Positions 24,600-38,250 of a stretch of DNA of 64,000 nt are shown here, piece after piece. The translations under genes were made by a program, and so were the position numbers. The notes under the pieces are model-generated. The model made no database searches, had not been told where the DNA came from, and saw nothing but the letters and a program-made list of their open reading frames with translations. How positions within the stretch are numbered: position 1 is the first letter of the stretch; every line of letters begins with the position of its first letter. Source of the stretch: Camelus ferus (Eukaryota); NCBI RefSeq assembly GCF_009834535.1, contig NC_045697.1, forward strand, positions 36,148,001 through 36,212,000. The letters run 5' to 3'.

Positions 24600-25225
24600 C
24601 AAATCAGCCTTCCATGAGCTCCCGCCTCCCATCTTCCAAGCTCTGCACCTGTGCCCATGGGACTCTGACTTTCCTCCTGTTTCGGTGGCTACACTCCCTC
24701 TGCTGCCAACAAAAACTGAAGTCAAATCGTGTCACTTTTCTGCTCAAAACCCTCTGTGACCCCTCCTGACACCGAGCTAAAGCCAAAGTCTCTACGAAGG
24801 CCATCCAGGTCCTACCCACTCTGCGCTCTGCCACCTCTCCTCCTGCCCCCACTGGTCCCTTCCACCCTCCTGGTGCTGTTCCTGGAGGAGACCAAGCCAG
24901 CCACTGCTTCGGGGCCTCTGCATTGGCCCTTCCCTCTACCTGGCCCCTCATTCCCCTCAACATCGAAAAGGCTCACTGCCTTGCTCTCTTCAGGCCTGTT
25001 CAAACATCTCCTTTCTAGGGAGGCCTCTCCCGACCATCCATACAAAACAGAACCCATGCATCCTCCCGTCCCCTCCCTGCTTCACGCCCCTGCTCTATTT
25101 TTCTCCAAAGCTAGTACCGGCACGTGGCAAACTATGTATGCATTGTCTTCCCACGCCAGAATATAAGCTCTATGATGGTAGAGAGTCACTGGGTTTACTC
25201 ACGGTTCTAATCCCAGGGGCACTCA
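24600..25225 (+). mobile_element. L2 (L2a-like) fragment
   Basis: gtcaaatcgtgtcacttttctgctcaaaaccctc...ggggcctctgcattggc...agaatataagctctatgatggtagag; explains the ORFs at 24604-25166. Confidence 0.8.
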
Positions 25226-26159
25226 CAGTTATGAAAGGTTTAATTGATTTCTGTGACCCTGTTAAGCATTTAAGAAAAAGTTGGTGGAATTTCGATACTG
25301 TTACAGAATGAACCAAGCATTATCAACTAAAATAATTATAAATAAATTGCCCCTAGATGACTAAAATGGAAAAGGAAATATGTAGAACACATACACCCAG
25401 AGAAAGGTAGATCTGAATCTTACAGCACTCTAATGTTGCTCCAAATAACATGAGATCCGAAATTAGGCAAAATTGCAATGCTTCTGACAAGCATTGCTCC
25501 TGACGGCAATAATCCAATGTCCTCACACTTCAGAGGCCAATTTCCTTCTGGTGATTTCTCCCCAATTCATCCTGAGTGGACAGAATCACTCAAGTCAGAG
25601 TGATTTATATTCAGTCAATCAGTTCTCTGTCAGCAGGAAAACTCCACTGGGCTCATGATGTGCAGTTTTCACGCTTGGAGTTTCCTTTATTGCTTGACAG
25701 ACATTTCTGGGGAAGATACCCAGTGTATCGACTCTGAAGACCAAACACAACCCTCCCAAGGGATGCTTAGGACATATAAATATAACAAAACTCATCCCAG
25801 CCTGACTCTGCTCATTAAGAACTATCTAATACATGCCCTCATGCTGGACACGTCTTAGATTGTGTGTCCATCTTACTAGTCTTAAGACTAAGGGCAGCTG
25901 TGATGAGGTTTGTGGTTAACAGTCTTTCACACAGTATGTACTAGAGATGGCCAGTTATTAAGCAGAGCAGCCTCTAAAGCTACAGAAGTGACAGCCCAGA
26001 TGAATGTTCCAATTCCTACTTGATGAGTAAAGAAAACTACTCGATGCTGAAATGATTTTTGGTCAGTCAGGCTCTCGCAGACCCACATGACAGGAATAAA
26101 CGGCAGCACATTTCTTGGGGTACAATGTGACTTCTTTTCACTAGGAGTTTTAAAAAGGA

Positions 26160-26545
26160 TTACAGCCTTTGACCCAGTGATTCTATCTCTATGACTTTAT
26201 CCTAAGGAAGTAGTCAAAGATAAGGACAAAGATTTATGCACAAAGTTGTTCGAAATCTAGAAACAACAAAAATGTCCAAAAATAGGAAAATGCTTAAAAT
26301 AAATAATAGTAGATCTTAGAATATAATACAATTATTAAAAGTAAAATTTTAAAAATAACTTGGTAAGTATTTCTGATATCAAAGTTAATTTCTACTTAGG
26401 TATATGTATATTTATATAAACACATGCCTATGAATTGAAAAAAAACTTACCAAAATATTTACAGTGCTTATTTCTGGGTGATGGAATTAAAGTTGATTTA
26501 AAATGTTTAGCTTCAGAGCTTCCTACCATAAACACATATTATTTA
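26160..26545 (+). mobile_element. Ancient L1 (L1ME-like) 3' fragment
   Basis: cctttgacccagtgattctatctctatgactttatcctaaggaa...accaaaatatttacagtgcttatttctgggtgatggaatt. Confidence 0.75.
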
Positions 26546-28479
26546 ATTTTGAAAAATGCCATTGGCCGATTATAAAATGACATTTATTACTTCATCATCA
26601 GGAGAAGAAATAAGGGGTAAAAACTCACTTGGACTGCAAGGGATTGGAGAACCTTGACACTAGATAAGCATGTGATCCTATTAGTGTTGCTGAAATTCTC
26701 TCATCCTGTGAGACTTACCACTGGTGTAAAAAAGTCACCTCCAAACAGACGTCCAAACAGACGATACACAGAGCTGTGCTATTCAGCTGCCCACCCCAGC
26801 TTCCCAGCTGGTCCTCTGGGGGTCACTCACGGATTTAATTTAGATTAATGCGGTAGGTCTTAGGTGGCCACTCTGCATTGGATCCCAAGCAATGCTCATT
26901 ATTATCATAAAGGACAAGCATCTCAGGAGTTTAAGGTTCAGGCGCAGAAACCGCCATCTACATCTCTGCCCCTGACTCGCCAAATCACAAGAGTCTGGTG
27001 AGTCAACGTGAGAGATTCCAAACACAAAGGTCGACACTGGGCTACTGACCTCTCTGACCCCAGCTCCGAGCCAAGAACTGCAGTGGAGTTTTTCCTCCCA
27101 CGCCAGAACTATTAGCAACCGGCTCATCTTGCTTGATTCTCTTCCTTGACAACTGTTTTTGAATAGAGACTAGTTCTTCCGGTGCCCACACAATAAATTA
27201 GCAGGTTGGCGTTTCATGGCTTTTCTTCACTGTACAGGCCTTTAATGTCTTTGCTAATGTTAATTCATATTAATTAGGTGATATTCTCTTTCAAATCAGA
27301 CCGTGGTACCTCTGAAAATTCATCTGGTCTAGAATGGACCTGAAAAGCCCATTTATACACAGCTTGTGAGTTAACAGGTCACTGTTTCAGAACAACTTTG
27401 CAAAGGACGAGGTTTTCAGAGCCTTGTCCAGTTGCTCTTTAGAGATAATTTTGAGACCCTAAAAAGGACTGACCCAGGGAGGTTAGGAAACAGTTAACAC
27501 GATTCCCAGTTTTCTACTTCCCTGTCCAGTCTGTCACTAAATTCCAATAATTCCCATCCAAGTAGCTCTGGTGCTTGTATCTTCCAGTCCACTCACACTA
27601 CTCCATGCCTGGAACCAGATTTCCTAAGAGATGAATTCAGATCTCAGGGACTAGATAGCTGATCCCCTCGTGCTTTCCTCTTCTTCCTGGGCACACACCT
27701 CGCCCGTGTTTCCTAGCCCCTGATGGTGGGGACAAGTGACGGTGTGACCACCACCACGCCTGGCCCTAAAGGCCTCCCCGATGGGGTCACAGTACCATGC
27801 ACAGAAGAAAATGGAGCCTGGGTGTTGAGGTTACTGCTCAGGTGGGAGCTCGTTGTGAATCTCTGTCTCCACCCTTTGATGAAAAGTTGTGTGGAGGGTC
27901 TTAATGCCAGGGTAGATGGTGTGGCTATTTTCTGAGTTAAAGTTTTGTCCCAGACATTTCTCCTTCCAGAATGGCTCCTGTAGCCACCTCATCATCTCTC
28001 CCTGAACTGTCTGAGCCAGCATCAATGTCATACATTAAAAAAAAAGTCTTATATTCTTTAAGAAACAGTTTCTACTATGACTAGCATATACATCACTTAT
28101 GATGAAATACTAATAATGTGAGAATGTCCATTAAAGCAGAAACCCATTTTAGAACCACAAGCATGAACTTATTGGGCCACTTAATTAGTAACAGTGCTGT
28201 CAAATGTCTGAGGTCAATTTTAAATGATATTGAGAAGTTTCAAATAACCTGTTGACTTTCAACAATAAAAATTTCAGCTATTTTTAAACGGATATCCTAA
28301 AACCCCAACCCTGAACTTCCTATTGCTAACTTTTTATTCAAGGATAAAGGCTAATTCATTTTTTAGAATGGCAAATTTCAACATATTTTATTTCTGTAGA
28401 TTTAGTTTAAAACTAACAGGAATTAACTATTTTTTTTTTCTAAACTTGCAACTCATTTCCTGAACAGAAACACACTCAA

Positions 28480-28660
28480 TGGTATGAACTTGAAAAGATA
28501 CAGTGCCTGCTGTCCTTTGAAGAGTTTACAGTCTAGCAGGAGAGAGAGAAATACAAATAAATATTGGCGACACAATGCCTGTATAGAGTAAGTTCTCCAG
28601 GGGCACGTGGAGGGTGAGGGTTTGGGGAAGAGCTCCTTGGAGAAGGTGACATTTGCAATC
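28480..28660 (-). mobile_element. L2 fragment
   Basis: aagatacagtgcctgctgtcctttgaagagtttacagtctagcaggag...ttggagaaggtgacatttg. Confidence 0.6.
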
Positions 28661-29539
28661 TGTCAGAATTCAAAGATGTGGGGGAGAGGAAAGGAAGAGA
28701 GATGATGCCTCAACTTTTCTTTTCCAGTAAATTTCTTTTATATACTTCAGCAAAATCTTGTTTTGTTCACATAAAGTAAACAGTGCTGACAGATGAATAA
28801 GGTAATTGTTCTTGTGTAGTGCCTCCAGCCTGGCCCTAGAGACCAGGAGACAGAACCCAGGTGACACTCTATGATGACTGGTGCCAAGCCAGCAGATGGA
28901 AAACATTACTGGGTCAATTCCTCTCCAACGACTGGATGCCAGCATCCCTGTGTGAAAAATGAGGAGGGGCCACAGGTCCACGTATCCTAGAGCATGATGG
29001 CTAAGGCCACTGGGGATGCTGTCAAGTGATTTGTGGTGTTGTCGGAAACTCTTCTCCCACTGTAGTTTCTTGTTCTTGAAGCTTTGGGAGTGGGAAAAAT
29101 ATTGTCTCTGGTGGATTGGGAGAGTAGGTCGGACTACAACAGGATAGCGAACGCAAGTGCACTATTCAGAGGGGCAGATGAAAAGGAACACACATTGAAG
29201 GGTGTTCTTTTCTCTTTCACGGGGCCTGGATTTTTTAAATTGATAATAACAAGGAATAATAACACAGTATCTCTCTGTCTTCTCTATCCACAAGGTAGCC
29301 CTGGAAATATGCCGGAGCCAATATGGCCAGAGCCTCTGAGGCCACTAGAGGCTGGCTTTAAATCATGCAGCAGGTCTAAAATAACTTGTGTTCTGATTCC
29401 TTGCTATTTGTTTGGTTTTCTGAGAAATCTGTATGTCTGCATCCATAGCGTCACAAAGAACTGCTTATCTTTGTCCATCTAGCAAACTGGAGGTCGGAAA
29501 TAAAGTAAAAGTACCTAATTGGGAAAACGGTATAACAGA

Positions 29540-29770
29540 GAAAGGTTAAGGCCTTGGAGTTAAGAGACCTGGTTTTGAATCCCAGCTCTGTGTGACCTTG
29601 GCAAGTTTACACTTTTTCCTGTTCTCTAAAGAGGGGATTAATTCCTGCCAAACTACCTCACAGGGTAATTTAGAGATCAAAATAGACATGAGATAATACT
29701 TCAGAGACTGGTCAGCTACAAACAAACACAAGAGGAGTTGAGTTTTTCTTCTAAATGTTAAGTAACAACA
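29540..29770 (+). mobile_element. MIR SINE
   Basis: ggccttggagttaagagacctggttttgaatcccagctctgtgtgaccttggcaagtt...ctacctcacagggt. Confidence 0.8.
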
Positions 29771-29784
29771 GCAAAACAATAATT

Positions 29785-29885
29785 ATAAGCTCTTTGTGGA
29801 TAGAGATTTTGACATTTTTATTGACTGCTTTGTGCCTGGCACAAAGTAGGAGTGTGAGAATTATTTACTGTATAGATGAAGGAAT
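29785..29885 (+). mobile_element. L2 3' terminus
   Basis: tataagctctttgtggatagag...gtgcctggcacaaagtagg. Confidence 0.55.
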
Positions 29886-32039
29886 GGGGCTGGGTCAATC
29901 TATAGATTAAGTGGTGCTTCCATAGGCTTTTTGAAAACTACCCAAAAGGCTAAAGAAAGGCACATTAAGCCTCGTTAGTACATCATAAGTAATAGACTTA
30001 ATTTATGGTACACATGGGTAGTTGTGTCTTCTTGAGATCTTTGTGCATAGAGGGCCCAATAAATATTTAGACTCATGGGTGTGCGGGTTTGAATGCAGAA
30101 CTAGACCCCAGGGAGGAAAAATCCTTTCTTGTGATGCTACATCTAATTTTAGACTTTTAGTTCACTTCCCTACTTCTCATGCCTTCCTTCTCATTTGATT
30201 TTGCCACTCCCCCTCCCACCACCCCAAAGATGAGTATTGCTGAGATGAGGAATTGGAATTTGCATCTGTGTCTCCAATGAATTCGTGACTTTAACAGCGC
30301 ACTTGGGAAAACTGGGACACCAGCTCCCCAAGGTGTACTTTGGGAAAAGGAATCACAGACCCATGTGAACCTGGCCCTAAAAATACAGGTGTGGCTTCAC
30401 GACGTTCCAGGAATCCAGGAGACTTAGCCTACACTTAGAAGGTAGAGTCTACGTGTGCAGAATGCTGTGGCATCAGTTCCGTCTCCCAAATTCTAACTAA
30501 TCTTGGTTCACTCTTTTCTTTGGCTGCTAAGAAGCTCTGTGCCAAATTTAGACCAACCTCACAGGACCCTATGGCTTTTATTTTATGTTTTATAACTACA
30601 TCAGTGATTTTCTTTATCTTACCTTTAGCTTCATTTTATATTCTACTTTTATTCTCTTTTTACTCTGGCAGTATCACTGCTTTTGTAGTACTGTTCTCAG
30701 GAAACCACTTAGGATATCTTTTGGCATCATGCTAATAAAAGCCACTCTAAATGCAGTCTGGATGTTTCCTGAGTCAAACCTGAAGATGGGTGTGAAACCT
30801 GTTGTGTGTGAGCTCTGACACCACTGGCTGGGGCAGAGTCTTACCACGTGAAGTTAATCGTTTAAGGGGACACTTCAGCCCCAGTATTGAGAACACCTCT
30901 CTGTTTGGGTGGGAGATTGTGGGTAGTTGAGGGGAAGCCCTGCAGGTGACAAGTCAGAGTTTGAGAGACACTGTCATTCAAATGAATCTGGTCTGATTTG
31001 GAATGTAAACTCCAGAGTCAGCAGCAGCTCTGTTCTTGGGCATCTGGAAACAACCAGCCAACAGAAATCTGCTGTTTTCAAGATGTTTGCTTTCATTAAA
31101 TATTCGTGGCTGTGTTCCTAAAACTCTAATAGCATGTCCTAGTCATCACAAGGAAACCTGAAGACTTGAAGATTCACTTACTTCACCAATCTGAAGGATT
31201 CTGGGCTAAATACTGGCTCCAGAAAAATCCTCTAAAGAGGTGATGGCTGGCTCAATTCTTTTCTTATTCAACTCAGACAGGCTAACAAACATTGAACCAA
31301 AGGTTTTTTCTCAACAAGTTCCAGATAATGAAAGAACAGGATTTCAAGCCCTATTTTAAAATGGCACGATTGACTTGGAGGAATATATTGAAGAAAGAGA
31401 TGGAAAAGATGGGAGGGAGATTGAGGAGAAGTGACATAAAGTAGCCAATTAATAAGTGTTTGATGAATAAATGGTGGCATTAATAAATGGCAGGCTAAGA
31501 TGCTATCAGTTCTTTATAAACTCTTGGTTTGGCCTGTTTCAAAGATTGGCTACCCAAAATTTTTAAAAACAAAGATAAAACAAAATAAAAATAAAATATT
31601 CCATCCCCTCCTGCTCCAATCACTGATAATATTTTTATTTAAAGGTGATTTTTAATGCCTACAGCCATTTCCTTTGCCTCCAGCTAGCCCAAGTAAGATT
31701 CTTAGCTGACGCATGGAATAATGTTACTGCAGAGGGGTTCCAGTGTCCCTTTGCTCTCGGCCTGTCACCACTTCAGTAATCACACATTGGCCCACATGAT
31801 CCCAGGAGCAAGCAGTTTGAAGAATGCAGTCCTCAGTAACCTGGAGGCATTAATACGGCTTCTAAAATTGAGTCCCCCGCCCTATGCCCTAAGAAGATCA
31901 GCTTAGACTGTGAGTACACGGTACATCTGGCTCGCTGGTTATACTGTACTTTATCTAGTCATGGCGGAACAGGGTTATGATTGAGTCAACCTGTGAGCTT
32001 CTCCACAGCCCTGCTGTGTGCTCTGTGGAAAGCTTCTAT

Positions 32040-32203
32040 TTTTTTAGTTTTTGTTTCTTTGGAGTCGGGGAGGGAGGTAATTAGGTTTATTTACTTGTTT
32101 ATTTACTTACTTACTTATTTTGGGGGGAGGTACTGGGGTTTGAACCCAGGATCTCATACATGCTAAACGTGCACTCTACCATTTGAGCTATAACCTCCCC
32201 CTT
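32040..32203 (-). mobile_element. Vic-1-type SINE, long form
   Basis: gggagggaggtaattaggtttattt...ggaggtactggggtttgaacccagg; perfect 12-bp TSD gaaagcttctat at 32028-32039 and 32204-32215. Confidence 0.92.
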
Positions 32204-33329
32204 GAAAGCTTCTATCCTTATAGTTAGGAATGAAAGGAATGGAATGAAAAGGAGAAGGGGGTGTGGAACAGACAGGAAGGTGACTTAGCCCTTCTGGGTG
32301 GCCCCCTCTTAAATAGAAATCTACACTTGCTCATAAATACTGCACTAAGTTTTTCAAATTCTCAAATCACAATTACACACTTAAAAATATCTTTATTTCC
32401 AAGTTGGCCTGGGTGAAGCACAGATGGGGATATCTATTTTACAACAAAATTAGAAAATCAACACTAAAGCAAACATTTCTGTCAATCCACAAAAACATTT
32501 TTTTTTTTTAGTTTAATTGATGCCAAACAGCACTGATACTTCCAAACCAAGAAATACATCAAAGAAAACCAAATATTCTCTGTGCTGCTAATAAAGAATG
32601 CCTAGTAAGTACAATTTAGAGACCACCCTTACGGGAGGAAGACAGCGCCTTTCTGATCTCCAACATTTTAGTCAAAGCACAAGCTTTCACTTCTAAAGCC
32701 TTCTCAGCATGTTCTACTGTGGTGTCACACCTCCCACCCTCTTCCCAGTTCTCCGAGGGCATATTTCCATTGTAAATGCTAAAGACTTGAGTATCAAAAA
32801 AAGAATTTTAAAAAAGCTGATAGTTCATGCAAGAGACACAACCACAGTGTGAACTCCTTAAAGATGAGACCAAGTCCTCTTACCTCTGACGGCCACGTGC
32901 CCTGCTGCTATGCCCACCAGAGATGCAAAATCTGTTCACTGGAGTCATATTATTGAGTTCACGGATTTACTTTTTAAATAAACGTTTGTCAAAACCTAAC
33001 TTTTGTTAAATATCTGAGTAGAACTAAGTTGACTTGCACAAGGACACTGTCATATAGTAACTGTTTCAAGAAATCTTTTTACTTAGACAATGTTCTTAAA
33101 ACCTACTTGAGTTAACAAGGGTGATATAAACGACTAAAGTTTTCATTTTCTTCTTTCCTCTTCTTAGGAAAATTCCATAAAATTTTCCAGAAAAGCAAGC
33201 TATTACCACCAAAACAAAAAGCCCCAAATTCATGTGTTAAGTTGTTGTTACACTAGTTTTTTTTTTCCATACTTTTTAAGTTAACCCTCTGTTCCCCTCA
33301 GAGATACTGGGGACTCTCTACTTTCAGGA

Positions 33330-33445
33330 GTCGAACATTCTAGCTGGAAAGGACCTTTCAAGAGCATCCAGTCCAAGTCCTTCATTTATAGAAAAGGAAA
33401 ACTTGCCCAGAGTCCAGTGCTAATTAGAGGCATAACTGAAGCCCC
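33330..33445 (-). mobile_element. MIR3-like SINE
   Basis: tagctggaaaggacctttcaagagcatccagtccaagtccttcatttatag. Confidence 0.6.
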
Positions 33446-34830
33446 ACAGGGTAGGAACTAACATTGAGTTTCCTGTCTAGCACAATGCCTAGTACACAGC
33501 AGACATTCAATAGATAATTGTTGGATAAAGCAGATGACTTAACAGGAGCTAAGAATGTTGTCTCTCAGTTCCCTGTCTAGTATTTCTATGGCACTACAGC
33601 CAAACCACAAGACGAGTTTTGCAGTGAGACTCTAAAGGGGAAATAAGGATATTAGGGTCCATGCTTGGAGATGGGCATCTCAAGGGCTGAGTTAATCTCT
33701 TGCCAGTTGTGGATACCAGGACAAAGTTACAATGAGAACCTTATAAATGCACTCTGGCCTATCACTGTATTGCTATTTTCTAACCTCGATAATTTTTAGG
33801 CAAGCACTCTGGAAGCCAGATCCTTCTTGATGTCTGACCCACTCCAAACCTTCCATGCAACTAGAGTAGTAGCAACTGCTTCTTCAAGGTCACTGGGGGA
33901 AGGTGTGGTCCAGGGCACTAGACGGAACTTAATGAAATGCCAACTTACAAACTTAAACCATTTAAAAACAAAATTTAAAAAAAAAAAAGAGGAAAAAGCA
34001 AGGAATGGAGAATGACAAATTCCAAAGTTAAAAATGGTTACTAAACTCTTCCAGATTTTCCCTACTAGTAAAAATTTAAAGTTAAAACTTCTCCAACTAA
34101 ATGGAACACGCATGCTTTACTCTTATGAAAAAGCCATGTATTAACTGTCACCCAGATGACCTGACAGAATTAATATTCACCAACACAACAGATCCTGTTA
34201 AGTTTCTACTGACTATAGCAGCAGGGGGAGGATTGGTCTCTACTTGGCCAGCCTCACCCAGAACCCTGGACTGGCTTCCGGGAGTGCTCCAAGCTCAAGA
34301 GCTCTGCAGACACACGCCCTCAGCCGCCCCGGGTCCCTCCCCTTCATCCAGGCCCAGTTCGCCTGCCTCCCTCGTGAGGCCTGCCAGTCCCTCAGGCCTA
34401 CATTCTCCTTCAAGACTGTCTGAGGTACTCTCGACGCAGCTTTTCACAGAAATGAACTTGCTGAGCGTGAGGTATCTGGGACTGAGATCTCAGTAAAACG
34501 GCCGCCCCCACCAAGTGCTGGTTTCCTGATGCACTGAGGTAAGGTCATTAGGGAGGCCCCCTCTCAGTCCCTAATAGCTATAATTTCATGGACTCACTGC
34601 ATTCGTCACTTTGGCAGTTCTTAAAATTCTTCACCTGGAAATCTGTGGGTGATTTGTAGAACACTATAAATGATTCACAGGCATTCATTTAATGAGAAAT
34701 AAGTAAAATTTTTTGCTAGTTCAGATTCCACTATTTTGTCTTTCTAGGATACACTAGTGGTAACAAGTATTAAAGTTTCAAGAAAATTATATAAGAGAAA
34801 AGGCTTAGAATTTTACACATTGACTTCTCT

Positions 34831-34840
34831 CTTTCTTTTC

Positions 34841-34871
<31 letters not shown>
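34831..34871. repeat. (TTTTC)n plus poly-T tract
   Basis: Direct reading. Confidence 0.9.
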
Positions 34872-35964
34872 GGACAAAGTAGACAAAAGACTACCAGAAT
34901 TTTATCTTCTTGGAAAAAAAATATCAGTGCATCTTGGTAAATGTTGGTTTTGCAGAATTCTTTGTGAATGACACTGTAGAATTACTTACATGTTCTGCAG
35001 ATATGCATTCCCTGCCCGACAAAATTATCCATAAGGGACTGTGTCATATTGCTTTAGAACATGGCTCAATGTTTTATTATTCAATATGGATGGAAGAGAA
35101 GAAAGAAGGGAGGGAAGAGGAAGGAAGAAAGAAGTAGAAGGAAGAAAGATCTTCCCCATGCATCTAAATTTCTCCTGGTCAAGCATTTTATGGGTTAATA
35201 TAAAGAAGCACCTGCCTGGCTCTTTTCAAGTTTGCTAAAGTAATTTTTTTTTTTTTCTGAATTCTTCTACCACAAAGTTGATCACTTACTTGATGAAAGG
35301 TCCTCAGGGCTTTTGAAGGTTAGGTAAGCCAATGTACTGTAAGTTAGCAAACTGAAGATGAGAGACAGGAAGGAGCGGGGTTATTTTCTGACCCATTTCT
35401 TTGAATAATGCACATTATACATATTTTACACCATGCTTTGGAACACCCCACCTCCACCAAATGGCAGTTTCTAATACTCTATTCCAATACAAGAAGAAAG
35501 TCAAGCTTTTAATAATAAAAATATTATATTATTGGGGACTTAAACAAATATCAAATGTTTTTGAGCTATAAAAATTTCCTTCTGATGTGTGGTGTGTGTG
35601 CATACATGCATGTGTATTTGAGTGTAAGGGGGAATCATTCTGTAATTTCACACTTTCTCTATTAGGAAGAATCTGGAAAAGGTTAACACCAATATACATC
35701 TTTCAAAAAATTCAACCAAAAATAGTTAAACCAAAGGGTGCGTGCTGTTTTTCATTAACTTTGTTCGTCTCCCCGCCCAATTCCGCCTTAAACAATGCAA
35801 GGTTTTATGACCTGAGTTTAACTACATTTATGACCTGAGTAACTACAAAATGCATTCACTTTGACTTCATTAAGCTATAAACAAGTGCATGGTCTAAATG
35901 GGACTTGGTAGCTTCATTTCTTGGGATAAATTCAGCAGCAATATGGTAGACATTTAACATTCAT

Positions 35965-37855
35965 AATGCTGGAAGAGAATAAATTGTCCAGAGGTATAGC
36001 CATACACATATGATTAACTAATTTTGATAAATGTGCAAAGGCAATTCAGTGAACAAAGGATAAACTTTGCAGTGAATGGTGCTGCAACTATTGTACATTC
36101 ATAAATAAAAACAGGAAACTTAACCAATACTTTCCATCTTACATGAAAACTAACTCTAAGATACATGCACCCCAGTGTTCTTAGCAGCACTATATACAAT
36201 AGCCAAGACATGGAAACAACCTAAATGTTCATCGATAGATAACTGGATAAAGAAGCTATGGTATATTTATACAATGGACTACTACTCAGCCATAAAAAAG
36301 AATAAAATAATGCCACTTGCAGCAACATGTATGGATCTGGAGACTGTCATTCTAAGTGAAGAAAGCTAGAAAGAGAAAGAAAAATACCATATGATATCAC
36401 TTATATGTAGAATTAAAAAAAAAAAAGACAAACAAACTTATTTACAAAACAGAAACAGACTCAGACATAGAAAATAAACTTATGATTACCAGGGACAGGG
36501 GGAAGAGGGTGGGAAGGGATAAATTGGGAGTTCGAGGTTTGCAGATACTAACTACTATGTATAAAATAGACAAACAACAAGCGCTGGGAACTATATTCAA
36601 TATCTTGTAATAACCTATAATGAAAAAGAATATGAAAATGAATTTATGTATTTATATGTATTACTGAAACTTTCTGCTGTACACCATAAATTGACACATT
36701 GTAAACTGACTATACTTCAATAAAAAAAAGAAAACTAACTCTAAATGGATCATGGATCTAAATGTAACAGCTAAAACTACGAAACTTCTAAAAGGAATAC
36801 AGGAGAAAATCATTAAAGGTTTAGGTTAGGCAAAGATTTAAATATGACACCAAAATCATAATTCATTTAAAAAAGATAAATTCGACACTATTAAAATGTA
36901 AAGCTTCTGATATATAAAAGACACAATCTGAAAAGACAAACACAGCTGGGGAGAAATATTTGCAGAACATTATCTGATAAAGAACATGTATCCAGAAAAT
37001 ACAAAGAACTCTCAAGACTCAATAATAAGAAGACAAACCAGTGAAAGAATGGGAAGAGATCTGAACAGACACTTTACCTAAGAAGATACATGAATGGCAA
37101 ATAAGCACATGAAAAAATACCCAACACCGTTAGTCAGTAGGGAAATGCAAATTAAAACCACAATGAGATACCACTACACAGCTATCAGAATGGTTCAAAA
37201 AATGAAAAACTGACAATTCCAAGCGCTGGTGAACATACACAAAACTGGAACCTTCACACATTGTTGGTGGGAATGCAAAACTGCATAAGAACTCTGCAAA
37301 CAATCTGGCAGTTTCCTATAAAGTTAAACATATACTTATAATGTGACCCAGTTGTCTCCCTCCTGGGCACTTATCCAAATGAAATTAAAGCTTACATTAA
37401 CATAAAATCCTATACTTGATTATTTATAGTGGCTTTATTCATAATTTCAAAAATTGGTAACAGCCTAAATGTCCTTCAACTGGTGAATGGGTAAACAAAC
37501 TGGCACCTCCACACAGTGGGAGATTATCCAACAATAAAAATAAATGAACTACTGATGTATATAACAACATTGGTGGACCTCAGACACATTATGTTCAGTG
37601 AAAGAAGCCATATACTGCATAATTCCATTTTTATGATATTCTGGAAACAGCAAGATTATAAGAACAGAAAATAGATCAGTGGTTGCTAGGGGGTGGTGGT
37701 GGGGAAAGGGTTGACTACAAAGGGACAGAATGAGGACACTTTTAGAGGGATGGAACAGTTATAATTACAGTGCTGCTTACATGATTATATTTGTTCATGA
37801 AAACTTATAGAACTTTACATCAAAATAGTAAATTTTTCTGTATGTAAACTAAAAT
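35965..37855 (+). mobile_element. Old L1 (L1M/L1ME-like) ORF2 3' part and 3' UTR, interrupted by a younger L1
   Basis: Degenerate ORF2 segments (gcaaaggcaattcagtga; gggaaatgcaaattaaaaccacaatgagataccactacac) and L1M 3' UTR (agatcagtggttgctagggg). Confidence 0.9.
36160..36729 (+). mobile_element. Younger 5'-truncated L1 (ORF2 C-terminus, 3' UTR, A-tail)
   Basis: Encodes FLAALYTIAKTWKQPKC..WIKKLWYIYTM (L1 ORF2p end); perfect 15-bp TSD gaaaactaactctaa at 36145-36159 and 36730-36744. Confidence 0.95.
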
Positions 37856-37861
37856 GTGAAT

Positions 37862-38250
37862 CAACAATTAGAATCTACGTAAATGTCCATCAACAGAGTG
37901 CTGTCCAAATAAATTATGGGCCACTTCACAAAGGAATAAAACATTCCTGTCAAAAAACAATAAGCTAGGTGTAAAGGCAATAGCAAGAAAATACGTCTAA
38001 GAGAAAAGCAAGTTGCACAAGTGTAGACATATGGTGATTCCATTGTAATGAATCTAGGCATGTGTATGTTAGTAACTCTAAGTGGGGAAAAAAAAAACTA
38101 TGGAGAAATAACCCCCCAGATAATGAGAAATATTTTCTGGGATGTTAGATGATAAAGGACTTTCATTTTCTATGATATACATATTATAATAATGTATGGA
38201 GTTTTTAAACAAATATATTTTTTCATAATACAAAATCATAAAGATATAAA
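37862..38250 (+). mobile_element. Ancient L1 3' fragment
   Basis: taaatgtccatcaacagag...aataaattatgg...gagaaaagcaagttgcacaa. Confidence 0.55.
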
